From: the human T2T-CHM13v2.0 reference genome, Homo sapiens
Assembly (NCBI RefSeq): GCF_009914755.1
Contig: NC_060928.1
Direction: 5' to 3' (one strand)
Length of the DNA: 64,000 bases
Within the stretch, counting starts at the first letter, position 1. Each line of letters begins with the position of its first letter. Shown piece after piece: positions 11,901-26,169 of the stretch. The position numbers and the translations under genes were made by a program. The notes beneath the pieces are model-generated. The model was not told the DNA's origin, did not search any database, and saw nothing but the letters and a program-made list of their open reading frames with translations.

Positions 11901-13493
11901 CATCAGAAGCCTTATGAATGCTGACAAAATTGGGAGCTAGCCAATACAGAAAGTTACATCTCTTCTCATTCAAAAGTTATTTCTTTACGTTGCTCTTTTT
12001 GCCATAAATAGGCAAACCAAAAAAAAGAAGGAAATGAGCTCTTCTTCAGCTCTTTTGTGATCCAAGGAAAGCTCCAGGGTTTCTTAAGGGTTTCAGAAAA
12101 GAGCTTATAATCATAAAAACCAAATTCTTGAGTATTAAGTTTACTTTTGAAATCTAATAAAAACCACACCATGCACCCATCTGTGCCAACAGTCTGAAAT
12201 GGAAATTGAAGCTAGAAGCATTGCTGTTTAGCCTGGGAAGCCTGGGAAGACTGAACCTTTACTCATCATACACCTTTGACAAAATGTATTATAAAGATTG
12301 GCCGGGGATCCCAGTTTGGTTTGGTTGGACAGGAGTGGGGTGTGGGAGCACTGCACGCTTCTGCAGGAGTTCTTCTTGTCCTCTGCAGCTTCCTTTGCCC
12401 CAGGTACACTTACTGGGTTTTCACAGAACATTTCAAGCTTTGTAGCCAGCCTTGGTCTCACAGGATAATGGTGGTTTCAGGGAGAAGGAAAGCGTAGCTG
12501 GCTTAATGAGTCTTCCCTAGATTGTGTGATGGGAACAGAGTTTAGAGTTTTTGATGACCTTGGAGGTTCCCTGTTCACTTAATCTCTTTTCACGGCCTTT
12601 GAAGGTACAGGGTGGTCCTCAGTATGTGTTTATCTTCCTTCCCAATGTAAACTACTCATTAACATTTGTAAGAAAAGCGCAGTCAAGTGTTGGTAAACTG
12701 ATTCTAACAGGGTTGAGCAATCTTGAAAGTTTAATTCCCTTCCAAATAACTTGGGTTGACTCTCACATTATTTCAATGAGAATTCCTACTAATGGTGAGC
12801 TCTTATGTTGAAAGTAACTCAACCACAGATCAACAAAACAAGATTTTCTGCTCTGAATTGATGCCCCCTAACTCTAATAAAGTGAATCCTGTCAAATGAA
12901 AGAAAAGAAAATTCAAATTAGAAAAATAATTTTTAAATAAATGCACAGAGGTGAGTAATTTTTCTCCTTTGCATGTGCTTAGAGATAGGCCAGTCTTGAG
13001 TCAGCACACCTCTGAGGATGGATGCCATATCTGTTCAGATTTAACTAACACAGCACATTGAATCAGCACCTGCTAACCCTCTATTGACTTTACTGCTCCT
13101 AAAAGATGGTCTAGAAGTGCTTGAGTTAGAGCAGAAACCCTCCTCATTAGCCAGTTCTCCTTCTGCATGCCCCTTTGGGAGATTTGAAGATGAGGGTTTC
13201 AATGGGATGAATGTTAAGCTCTGGGTCAAGTGGGCCCTGGATTTACATCATTCTGACTTCACAAGTCTCTGAGGAAAAAAGTGCATTTAGGAAAGAACCA
13301 AAGGAGGAAATCATGGATATCGGTTTACAACACTCCAACTTGAAGGCATTTTTCTTTAGTGCCTCTTCAAATTTTCAAGTGGGAGTGAAAATTAAATCCA
13401 CTAAACACCAAATCATCTGGAGAATTTCTACTGGGCAGAGTTTTGCAGCAGACATTTGGTTGGAAGGGTAGAGGCAGGTAAGACTCTTCTTGA

Positions 13494-14466
13494 AAATAAT
13501 CATCAGGAGAAACAGACAACCCACAGAATAGGAGAAAATATATGCAAACTATGCATCCAACAAAGTATTAGTATTCAGAATCTACAAGGAACTTAAACAT
13601 ATTAGCAATACAAAACAATCCCATCAAAAAGTAGGCAAATGGCATGAATAGACATTTCTCAAAAAAAGTTATACAAATAGCCAAGAAACATGGAAAAATG
13701 TTCAACATCACTAATCATCAGAGAAATGCAAATTAAAACCATGATGAGACACCATATTACTCCTGCAAGAATGACCATTATTAAGAGGTCAAAAAAACAG
13801 TAGAAGCATTGTGGATGTGACAAAAGGGGAATGCTGGCTGGAATGTAAAGCACAACCTCTATAGAAAACAGTATGGTGATTCCTTAAATAACAAAAAGTA
13901 GATCTACCATTTGACGCAGCAGTCCCACTGTTGGGTACCTACCCAAAGGAAAAGAAGTCATTATGTGAAAAAGACACATGCACTTGTATGTTTACAGCAG
14001 CACAATTCACAATTGCAGAGATATGGAACCAACCTAAGTGCCCATTGACCAATGAGTGGATTTAAAAACCGTGGTACAAGTATACCCTGAAATACTACTC
14101 AGCCATAAAAAGAAATGAAATAATGTCTTTTACAATGACTTGGACGAAGCAGGAGGCCATTTTTCTAAGTAAAGTAACTCAGGAATGGAAAACCAGATAC
14201 TGCATGTTCTCACTTATAAGTTGGAGCTAAGCTATGGATACACAAGGGCATACAGAGCGAGATAATGGACTATGGAGGCTCAGAAGGGAAAGGGTGAGAG
14301 GTGGATATGAGATTCAAAACTACACATTAGGTACAATATACACTACCTGGGTGATGGGTGCACTAAAATATCAGAATTTATCACTACATAATTAATCCAT
14401 GTAACCATAAACCACTTGTACCCCCAAAGCTATTGAAATAAATGTGAAAAACAGACCACAAACAAA
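13494..14466 (+). mobile_element. 5'-truncated L1PB-like element with TSD
   Basis: L1 ORF2 end and 3' UTR to 'ccacttgtacccccaaagctattgaaataaa'. 14 bp TSD aagactcttcttga (13480-13493) and aagtctcttcttga (14467-14480). Confidence 0.93.
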
Positions 14467-15553
14467 AAGTCTCTTCTTGAGACACTGTCCACGGCAAATA
14501 TACAGGTTTAGAATGTTTGTCTGGATTGATTAGGGGGCTACCGAAATAGAGGGGTGGCTAAAGGTCCCTCCTCCCTGTCTCCAGCCACCCCTGGGTGCAT
14601 CCAGGAACTGGAAACTGTCCCCAGCAGAAACCAGAATAATGGCTGCAAGGCCCCAACCACCAAGAAACAGACCAGGTTTAGGCTGACTCTGGCAAAGAGG
14701 CAGACTTGCAGTGCTAAGAGCTCACCCTGGATCTTTCTGTCCTTGCTTTGGCCCATTCTTTTCAAAATGTCCCAGGCCCTGCCAAAGCTTGGGTTCATCC
14801 CAGGACCTGGAGAGAAAGTATGTTGTAAAAGATGCAGTCTGCCTTCCAAATGGCTTGTCTGCACCACAAACTGCAGCCCTGCCCAAAGCTGCTCGAAACC
14901 AGTGGCAAAGCCATTTGGCCATGGATGAAGCAACAGAGTTGAATGGGAGGTAAGGGACAGGCTCAGACCTGGAGGATGGGAAAAAAGACACTCCTGCTCT
15001 GTGTTTGTTCAATTTTTAGGGTAATCAGAGGTGGTAGGGTGGATGGACTGCAGCTCTTCCCAGCTGATGTCACCTGGAAAATGTGGAGGCCAACACCCCT
15101 GACTTGGATAGAGCCCTTCTGTTTGGTTTTATTTTTAAAAAATATTGCAGGTACGCCTTGGTTTGATTTTTAAAATGAGTGATGCTGCTTTATCCTCTAT
15201 ATGTATGCACAATAAAGACAACAATACATCAATTCTTCTCATTCCTCCAAAACACTGTTCCATTGAAAAGCCAAAATCTCCACCTTGTACCTATACTAAT
15301 ATTTTCTACTAAGTTTTACTGGTCCAGCAAAAAAGAAGACACTTAATCATGTTGAAAACATGAGTATTTTCCCATGAAAATAGTTTCTTCATTAAAAAAA
15401 GGTGGTGGGGGCATGCGGGTGGGAATAACAACCATGTAAGTTTTCCCTTTACCCTGTGCTAGAGAGTATTCCAGGAGCTCCTGCTTAAAACAGGGACTTT
15501 CAAATTAACAGCAAGTCATTAAAATGTTTTGTTACTCAGAATTGGGTATTTAT

Positions 15554-16197
15554 ACAGTCGAGCCTATTATTTGTGGATTTCATAGTTATGAATTTAGCTA
15601 CTTGCTAAAATTTTTTTGTAACCCCCAGATCAGGATTCACGGTGTTTTCACAGTCATTTGTGGACATACTCAGAGCAGCAAAAATTGGAGTGAAAGGACA
15701 CACACATTACCAGCAGAGTTCAGACAAGGTGACCTTCTTGTTTCAGCCCTCATACTGGATGTAAGTGTCCTTTTTGCTGTCTACTAGTGCCACTTTTTTC
15801 TTATTTTTGTGCTTTTTCTTGGTGATTTTGCTGTTTAAAATGGCCCCAAGCATGGTGCTGAAGTGCCGCCTGGTGTTCCTAAGTGCAAGAAGGCTGTGAT
15901 GTAGCTTCCAGAGAAAATACATGCATTACAGAAACTTCCTTCAGGCACGCATCACAGTGCTATTGGCTATGAGTTTGATGTTAGTGAACCAACAACATAT
16001 ATTAGATGCGGTGTATTTAAATAGGAACACATATAAAACAGCTTATGTATTGACTGGCTGATAAAAATGTTGTCACCAGAGGATCATAGGAAGCTAACGT
16101 GGTAGTTCCTCTAGGAGCAATGATTCAGAATTTGCTAATTCAGTGTTTGCAGTGATTTTAAAGAACTAAGTTACCTCAAATATCAAGAAACAATTGC
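15554..16197 (+). mobile_element. MER82 (TcMar-Tigger) DNA transposon, near full length
   Basis: 'tacagtcgagcctattatttgtggatt...aaaatggccccaagcatggtgctgaagtg...caagaaacaattg'. Colinear with the second copy at 23655. Confidence 0.85.
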
Positions 16198-16668
16198 ATC
16201 AGCTTTTAGAATTTGGGAAGGGGAACTAGGATAGGGCATGGGAACCATCCACCAGGGTGGATCAGGGCTTACCTGGTTGCAGAGGTCAACCTGGGCAAGC
16301 CGGTCAGGTAAACCAACAGGGGAAATGAGCCAGAACCTTGCAGTAAGTGCTCCTGGGCCAAAAGTACAGTTCTATGGACCGCTGGGTCAATATAGAGAAG
16401 TGTGTGTGAGGGATAGAGGAGGAGGAAGTCGCCCATGGAGTTAAGGGATGCAGCTACTTGGAGACAGTTTTAGTACCCAGGGGGAGACAGTTTGTCTTCC
16501 CCACTACCTGGTGAGAGTGAAGGATCGGGAGTGGGGTGGGATAATGCAGGAGCCTGGACTCTTTGGACTGAGTAAATTAATTCTGGGCTTAATTTCAGGT
16601 ACAACGAAACACCCTTTTCCACCCACTATTTCTGGCAGAAGAAGGGAACTTCCCTGTGGGCCTTCAGC

Positions 16669-16898
16669 AGAAAGAGACCTGCTAAAGAAGACCTGAAGAA
16701 ATAAATGATTCCTGAAAATCTAGTTCCACTTTACATTTGATAGGAAACGTGACCAAGTTGGCTGTTCCTTGCCTATTATCCATAGAGGCCTCTTTTCCTC
16801 TTCCTAGGACACTGATCCCAATATAATTCCAAATCTCCCTAACTTGATATGCCTCCCCATGGCATAGTTTAAAAAATCCTCAAGCCAGTGGTTTTTCA
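16669..16898 (+). repeat. Inverted duplication arm A (source)
   Basis: About 93% identical to the reverse complement of 17975-18202 by manual alignment. Confidence 0.97.
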
Positions 16899-17200
16899 TG
16901 TTGGCTACACATTACAAGTATCCGAGAGACTTAAGAAGTCCCTGATGTCAGACCACAACTTAAGACCATCGATCAGAATTTCCAGGGTATGAGACCCAAG
17001 CATGGATATATTTTTTTAATGCCCTAGGTGATTCTAATATGTAGGCCCAAAGTGACTGAGGAAGGCTTGTTTCAGTGATTCTCAAACCTGGCTGCAAACA
17101 GTCACCCCAGGGACATGAAAGAAATCCCAAGCTAATCAATTCAGAGTCTCTTTGGAGGTGGAGCCTGAGCCTTTTTTTTTTTAAGTCCTTGAGAATCCTT
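16886..17200 (+). mobile_element. Two adjacent MER5-family MITE remnants
   Basis: 'cagtggtttttcatgttggctacacatt...ccctaggtgattctaatatgtag' and 'cagtgattctcaaacctggctgc...cagagtctct'. Confidence 0.65.
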
Positions 17201-17559
17201 GACTCGGTGTAATTCTATAGTTGTTAGATGTTTGAAAATTTTAAGTAAAATCTGCTGAAGAAAAGCAAAGAAAGGAGAGTGGAGAAAGAGTTGGGGATTA
17301 ATGTATGAATGTGGAGAAGGAGCGGCCAAAGCTCCTGGGTCCGCTGGTTCTTCTAATCCATTGAATCTTGACCTGGAGTGGAGGGAGGTGGGTCATTGAA
17401 GGGAGCAGAATGGTACCAAGGGCAGACCTAGGGCTGCATTATGAGGAGACCTCCCCCAGCATGAGGTCCACTGCCTGAGGCTGGCCGCTGCGGTGGCCAG
17501 GTCTTTGGAACTGACATCAGCACTTAGAGTGGGGTTTTCAGGGACCACCAGGACAGTGG

Positions 17560-18296
17560 TACTTTCTCTTCTGGGCTCCCATCCTCCCTTTTCTCTCACA
17601 GTGGGAAGCTGACAGCAGAATGTGCAGTGGCTGCTGTTGCCTTGCCCAGACTCCCATCTCCTAGCTTCTGAGAGTGTGGCTGCTGATGGCTTATGGCTGC
17701 CTCCCTTCTCAGACACCTGCCTTCTGCTAAATAGCTGCTCCCTTGAGATGTTACCCCCTACACTCTTGCTTCAGCCAAGAGGGTCAGTCAGACAATGATC
17801 GACTGACTAGGGTACAAAAGTCCAGCTCCTTTGCCTCATGGCAGGATGAATTCTGGGGTGCAATTCATGTTCCCTGTCGGATCAGGCTAAAGCTAGGTAG
17901 TTGAGGCTGTATCTTTGCTTGGAATTTTCCCTGCTCTATCTTGCTGCCCTCCTGCTAAGAACACTTCCCTGGTTTGAAAAAACACTGGCTTGAGGATTTT
18001 TAAACTATGCCATGGGGAACCATATCAGGTTAGGGAGATTTGGAATTATATTGGGATCTGTATCCTAGGAAGAGGAAAAGAGGCCTCTATGGACAACAGA
18101 CAAGGAACAGCAACTTGGTCACATTTCCTATCAAATGTAAAGTGGAACTAGATTTTCAGGAATCATTTGTTTCTCCAGGTCTTCTTTAGTAGGTTTCTTT
18201 CTTACTCCCCTCCTCCTGATTACACTTCCTCAAGATATATCCTATGTACAAGAATCCTTTTGTAGGTTCTACTTCTAGACAACCTGTCCTAAGACA
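17560..18296 (+). mobile_element. LTR16-like (ERVL) LTR interrupted by the inverted duplication
   Basis: 'gggtacaaaagtccagctcctttgcctca...gatcaggctaaagctag' and 3' end 'caagaatcc...ctacttctagacaacctgtcctaagaca'. Left edge uncertain. Confidence 0.65.
17971..18202 (-). repeat. Inverted duplication arm B (derived copy)
   Basis: Reverse complement of 16669-16898, lying inside the LTR16-like element. Confidence 0.97.
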
Positions 18297-18331
18297 AGAC
18301 ATCATTAGTGTGTGAGTGGTGGGGAGTTCGG

Positions 18332-18570
18332 GGTGGAAAGAACATAAACTTTGGGATCGGAAATGTCTGGGTTCAGCCCCAACATCATCACTTCTTAGCT
18401 GCTTAAATCCATCAAGTTATATGGACTCTATGATCCTCTATTGCCCTCTCTATATAATGCAGGATGGCCACACATCCCTTGCAAGGATATTGTGATGATC
18501 ACATTAAATTTGATGAGAAAATGGATGTGAAAACCTATGGCACATAACAGGGATTCAGTAATGGCAGCTT
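18332..18570 (+). mobile_element. MIR
   Basis: 'ggtggaaagaacataaactttggg...ctgggttcagcccc...cacttcttagctg...tggcacataacag'. Confidence 0.65.
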
Positions 18571-19537
18571 CCCTTGCCTGCTGGAACTTGGCTACCACCC
18601 CCATCCACGCATGGTTCTGCACTATCCTCTTTGGTCCCCCATGCACAATAACTTTCTTAGTCTCTATTCTCTTTCTCTTCTCCTTTTTATATCTTCCTCA
18701 TATTATTGCTTCTTCCCAGGATTTCTTCATCTCATTTTTTACAGTGTTTTTCACTTCTTCTGGCCATGATAAACTAAGAAAAATGCATGACAATACTCAG
18801 AAATACTGATCCTTGTTCCGTGGGCTATGGCCAGGGAAGCTGCCATGAGTTTATCAGTTTTTGCCAGCTAGGCAGAGTTAGGTTGGGTTCATTTTTGTAA
18901 ACAAGACTCAGGGGGCTGGTTTGTGGCTTTTCCTGAACTAGTGTTTAGCCAGGGAAGGCTATGCTATTTTCCTCACGAGATGAAAATAAAGGCCATTAAA
19001 AATGGATTAGGCTAGTGTTTGACATGAGTGCCCTCATCCATCTTCCTCCTCTGGGCCAAGTGGTGGCCCAGAAGAGAGCTGATTGCCACAGTCAGGCACT
19101 AAGATGAGAGTTTACAGCCTCAGCCACAAACCAGCTGTGGGACTTTGGGGAGATTGCATAACCTTCTTAGGGCCGTGTTTCTGCATCACCAGAAAAGCCC
19201 GACAGTGAAATGTGTGCCAGCTACTTCACAAAGGGTCTCCTAGAGTTCCTAAAATATGATCTGGAAAGCACCCACACCCAGTGCAGAAGCTGATGGAAAA
19301 CAATGCATTTTGTTACTAATATTCTTGTTAATAACACTCTGAAACCATTGCAAATCAGCTCAATAGGGCAGGAAGTATGCGATAAATCATGTACTCCATA
19401 ATAATGCTCTACAATGAAGAAGACAGGAAATCTCAAAGTCACACATTAGCCTTGTGCACCCAATACCACCTGCTCAATTGGATTTTTATTGTAATTATGA
19501 TTTTCACAAGCCCAGTGGAATGGGCTGAGATAATTAA

Positions 19538-20700
<1,163 letters not shown>

Positions 20701-21239
20701 TCACTACAAAGTTTAAAAGAATCACATTTTGAAAATATAAATTTTCATTTAGATTGATGTTCTTTTTCCTCAAGTATTTTATACTAATGAATATTTATAA
20801 TTAGAATAGAATGAGTCCATTTGGTATTAATATATTGCAATTATTTTAATATTATTATAAAGAAAAATAGGACTAATCTGTTATTAGCTCTGTTTTATGC
20901 TTTAATGTAAAAAATGTCTATTGGGAAGTAAGGGTATGATTTGATCAATTAAATCAGTTTAATGATTCTATGCAACTCATGAAAAACAAGCCATTTTATA
21001 TACAAAACAGGAAGAAACAACCAAGAGATTGAAAAGGACAAAATATTAGCCTATAATCTCGGCACTCCCAGGTTTTAACCTAGTGCTTTTAATATCAGAG
21101 AGACTGTGCCCAGTAATTCAAGTTTATGTTTTCTCACATCTGTTTTACAAATGAATACAAATATATGAGAGTACTTCTTGTCCTAACTGCAGCTGGGAAG
21201 GTATTTCAAGCTGTAAATATTTACTAAGTGTGCATAAAA

Positions 21240-21385
21240 TAGCAGTGTGGGCTGATACGGCCAGTGATGGGGAATTAGAAGCATTAGGCTCCACTTCTGG
21301 CCCCTTTGCTAATTCCTGTGTGACCTTGGGCAGGTCAGTTAAAATCTCTGTGTTGCAGTGCTACATTTACATGAAGGAGATGCTG
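21240..21385 (+). mobile_element. MIR
   Basis: 'ctgtgtgaccttgggcaggtcagttaaaatctctgtg'. Confidence 0.6.
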
Positions 21386-21490
21386 AACTTTATTGGTCGG
21401 CACTCCAAAAATAATAACTACTGAGGACAATGCCTGCAATTCAGAGTGGAAATCAAAGAGGGATCTCAGAGACTGCACATCTATTACTCC

Positions 21491-21515
21491 TTTTTTTTTT
21501 TTTTTTTTTTTTTTT
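21491..21515. repeat. Poly-T tract (~25 nt)
   Basis: Read directly. Confidence 0.95.
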
Positions 21516-21769
21516 CCTTTTCAGGGGAGAAGGAGTGGTGGTGAAAGAGGGATGGATGCATGCTTGCCTCGGTCGAGCAAAAACAAAACTTCATTGTATT
21601 GAAAAAATTAGCATGCACCTCCTTCCACACGTCACTGTGGTAAGAAGAACACAATGAGGATAAAGTGGCCAGGGTTGAAAAGCCCTTCAGAGAAGATCAC
21701 AGGAGAAATGCTGGCAGAGGAACTGTGAGGCATCTTTGGGACTCTGGTGAGACATTCTTGTCCCTCAGA

Positions 21770-21925
21770 GTAGAAAAAGGAGGGCTCTGAGGCAGAAGGG
21801 CTTGAGTGACCTTAAGCAAATCATTTCACCTTCAAGTATCAGGTCCTTGAACCATAAAATGGAGATGATAATGCCCATATTGTGGTGTGTCAAAACAGTT
21901 ATACAAAATGACCAGCACATAGAAG
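21770..21925 (+). mobile_element. MIR
   Basis: 'gtgaccttaagcaaatcatttcacc...taaaatggagatgataatgcc'. Confidence 0.6.
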
Positions 21926-22910
21926 CAGCCTGATAGACCCTGGGTTTCTACCCACTTCCATTTATTCACTTACTTTGATAGTAATTTGGCAATAGGACAG
22001 CAGATAAAGCAGCCTCCACATTTTCCTATCAGGGAGCAAACCCTCAGCTCCCTTTTCATCTTACACACCCAATTAGCTGATTCCATCCTATGTCCATATT
22101 TAGACTCCAGTGAAATTTCTTGGATTCATATTCTCCCTTTACATCAAAAAGCAAACAAATGTGAACAAGGATACAGGGTCATGTTCTGTAGTTTAAAACA
22201 TCTGTTTGGAGTGAAGGTGTTATACACTTATCTTGTATGCAGACCGCAGGTTCCCTCCCTCCCTCCCCAAGAAAGCAAAAATGGCAACTGAGATGATGAT
22301 TTGGATGACACAGATGGAAGAATCTTGGGTTATATTAATAGTTTAGGACTGAATTACCGCCTCAATTGTTTCACTCTCCTGTTACTGCTAAGAGCATACA
22401 GCATAGACAGAAGCAGTTTGATGAGAGGAAACCCAATTTGCACTGGCAAAAAAAATCTCATAAGTATAAGAGGATCCCAATAATTGGACCAAAACACAAC
22501 ATCATGATTGCAGCATCATGGTCAAGAAAGGACTGCCTTGGCCCCTAAGAAACTTGTGTTTTACTTTCTTCACAGCTGTAGTTCTCAAACTCTTGGGGAT
22601 CTCTTTCCAATGACACAAGATTTTATGACCCACTAAATGAATCTCTTTGTACCAACCACTGCTTGAAAAAAATCTAATTAGAATCATAGGGGTCCATGGT
22701 GCAGCTCTTATGATGTTCCTTAGTAATGTCAAAAGTAAAAGATTCACTGATTCTAGGAGTAAGAAAATACAGTCATGATAATAATTCCTTAATTCCAAAT
22801 GCTTTGCACTACACCTGTCATTTCACATGTTATTTACTTTTTCACAACTCTGTGAAGTTGTAGCATTGCTCAATCCCCACGACACTGTAAGGTAGGCTTG
22901 TTTCATTACT

Positions 22911-23101
22911 ACGGAATTTCATCACTTCTAAGATGCCAAAGGGTAGAATGTGCAACCTTATTTTTTGTGCCCACCCAGAAAGAAAACAGAATACTGCCAA
23001 TTAATCCACAACACACCATCAATTACATAAACCAAAACACAGCCAGTTTCTGAGATATTAAAATGTAAAAGAAGGAGTGTCTTAGAATTAATGAAATATG
23101 G
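22911..23101 (-). mobile_element. MER104-like TcMar-Tc2 MITE inserted in a MIR
   Basis: Terminal inverted repeats 'acggaatttcatcacttctaagat' and 'gtcttagaattaatgaaatatgg', ~190 bp. MIR pieces on both sides ('acaactctgtgaag', 'ttttgcagatgaggaaa'). Confidence 0.75.
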
Positions 23102-23654
23102 ACTTTCCCTTTTGCAGATGAGGAAATTTCTGCTGTGTTAAAGACTAGGCTGCTGACGGAGATTAGACCACCACTCAAAGTCGCACCTTCTAACTTCAAC
23201 CCAATGGACTCCACCCAACCAGACCTAGTGATTTTGAAGTTGATCTTGGAAGCAAGAGAGAAGGCTACCACTGTGTATTCTTGAAACTACCACTTTAGAA
23301 GAAATGATTTATCACTGATAGATGGCAGCCACGATGGTGGCATTTTAACAAGAAACAACAAACTAGTTTCAGAGGGAAATATGAATGACCACTTGCTTCC
23401 TGTCATCATGATATACTGCATTAATACAATATAGGTACAGATCTTGTCATTGGGCATATTTTGTGTCTAATTAATATGTTTACATATATATAACTTTTGA
23501 TTATTTCTCTGACTTGGCTTCTCTGCTGGGTTTGCAGTCATGAGAGATGAATGGCTGGTAAGTTGACAGCAGAAGAAATAGACCTTTCGATACTTTAATA
23601 ATGCAGAACAGTCAATTCTAGTTAGCAAGACTGTACAATATAGGTATAGTCAAT

Positions 23655-24925
23655 TGGTCAACCCTTATTATTTGCAGATTCCATAGTTGTGAATTTGCCT
23701 CCTTGATAAAATTGAATTGTAACCCCAAACTCAATGCTCATGGTGCTTTTGTGGTTATTTGTGGGCATGCTCAAAGCAGCGAAACTTTAAGTCATGGGAT
23801 GCACGTGTTCCCAGCTGAGGTCCAACAGTGACGCTCTGGCTTCTTGTGTCAGCTTTCATACTATCAGCAAGTGTTCTCTTTGCAGACTACTTAGTGCCCC
23901 GTTTTTCCTCATTTTTGTGCTCTTCATTGGTGATTTTGCTGTAAAAATGGCCCCGAAGCATAATGCTGAAGTGCTGCCAAATGTTCCTAAGCTCCAGAAA
24001 ACTGTGATGTACCTTACAGAGGAAGTATCTATGTTAGAGAAGCATCATTCAGGCATGAGTTATAGCGCTGTTGGCCATGAGCTCAAAATTGGTGTATTAA
24101 ATAAGGTGCCCCAGTCAGAATGGCTATTACTAAAAAGCCAAAAACAACAGATGTTAGCAAAGTTGCAGAGAAAAGGGGACACTTATACACTATTGGTGGG
24201 AAGGCAAATTAGTTCAGCCACTGTGGAAAGCAGTTTGGAGATTTCTCAGAGAACTTGAAACAGAACTAACATTTGACCCAGCAATTCCATTACAGATATA
24301 TATCCAAAAGAAAACAAACTGTTCTACCAAAAAGACACATACTTGCATGTTCACTGCTGCACTATTCACAATAACAAAGACATGGAACCAACCTAGGTGC
24401 CAATCAATGGTGATTGGATAAAGAAAATATGGTACATATACACCATGAAGTACTATGCATCCATGAAAAAGAACAAAATCATGTCCTTTGCAGCAACATG
24501 CATGCAGCTGGAGGCCATTCTTCTCATTGAATTATCACAGGAACAGAAAACCAAATACTGCATGTTCTCACTTGTAAGTGGGAGCTAAACATTGGGTGCT
24601 CATGGACATAAAGATGGCAACAATAGGCACTGGGTACTACTACAGCAGGGAGGAGTGAGTGGGGGTAAGGATTGAAAAACTATTGGGTGCTATGCTCAGT
24701 ACCTGGGTGACAGGATCATTTGTACCCCAAACCTAAAAAAAAATTCTTCCTTATATTTATTTAAAATCTGCTTCCTAATAAATTTTCTTTAATTAAAAAT
24801 GTTAATATTCCAGAAAAAATAAGGCATCTTGAAACAGAAACGTACATTAAACAAGGTTATTTATTGATTGGCTGATGAAAATGGTGCAAACAAAGGCTCA
24901 CAGGAACCCAACTTCATTCTTGCTA
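23655..24925 (+). mobile_element. Second MER82, split by an L1PA insertion and 3'-incomplete
   Basis: Homologous to 15554-16197 up to 'taaataagg', resuming at 24817 with 'aaataaggcatcttgaaacagaaa...aggctcacaggaacccaac'. Confidence 0.85.
24111..24743 (+). mobile_element. 5'-truncated older L1PA (L1PA13-16-like) 3' end
   Basis: The 24397-24588 ORF is the L1 ORF2 C-terminus (WIKKIWYIYTMKYYASMKKNKIMSFAAT...CMFSLVSGS). TSD-like aaataaggtgcc and aaataaggcatc. Confidence 0.92.
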
Positions 24926-25061
24926 AGTAGAATGGACTGTTTTGGGGTCCTAAAGTATCAAAAGGGCTGTTTCTTCTGTCGCCCACTTACCAGCCGTTCA
25001 TATCTCATGACTGCAAACACAGTGGAGAAGCCAAGTCAGAGGCATAATCAAGAGTTATTTA

Positions 25062-25368
<307 letters not shown>

Positions 25369-26169
25369 AAGAATTATTTATATACATATACCAAGTAGAC
25401 AAAAGTATGCCTGATGATCTGGAAGGAAACAGAAAAATAGAATGACAGTGGTGGTGGGAGTATAGGTTTTTAACATTCTTTTGTTCCCATTTCCAATTGT
25501 TGGCATTTCTTTGTAGATTTACGTATTAAAAACAAGAACGACTGTCAGGAAGGCGAGGAAGCACTGCCTAACAGAGCATGGCAGTGGTGGAAAAGCAGAC
25601 CAGGGAGCCCACAAGGAGACAATGATAGAGAAGTCTTTCTTTGGGAGAGCATCCTTAGCTGTGGAACAGGCCGAGATGCTTACAGAGGAAGGATGGACCT
25701 CTGTATAAGCTCTGTAGCCTTCTCAGTAAAAAGTAAACAGAAAAAAATGGGGGGAGAGAAGGAATGAAGAAAGTGAGTCTATGGCCTTAGTGCTTCTCTG
25801 CTTAGGATAGAGCACTGGCAAGCATATGAAAACACATACATTTCATTGCTAAAAATAAAGAATCAAAAGTGCTTTTGTTTAAGCCTTGATGTGATATTAG
25901 CAATAAAGAGCCACCAGTTGCAGGAGAACCACAATACATCCATAACCCCCAAAATATATTAGTTTAGGGGAATTGTTGTCAACAGTAGGAACAATTAAGA
26001 CTGTGTTGTTATAGAAATACTGTGCCTAGCTGGTTTGCAAAAGAAAACTGCCTCTGATGACTTAGGTCTGGAGGGCCTTTGAAGGCAGTTTCTTTCCTGT
26101 GACCAGTAACTGATTTTTCACAAAATTGTGCATTGACTAATTCTCACAAGAGGTTTTGAAAATGAAGCT

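Noticed and set aside
14538-15012. Overlapping 80-131 aa ORFs on both strands
   Set aside because: No recognisable homology or exon structure; expected by chance in a slightly GC-richer patch.
21491-21525. Strong splice acceptor after poly-T
   Set aside because: A T homopolymer followed by CAG mimics an acceptor; there is no supporting exon or donor evidence.
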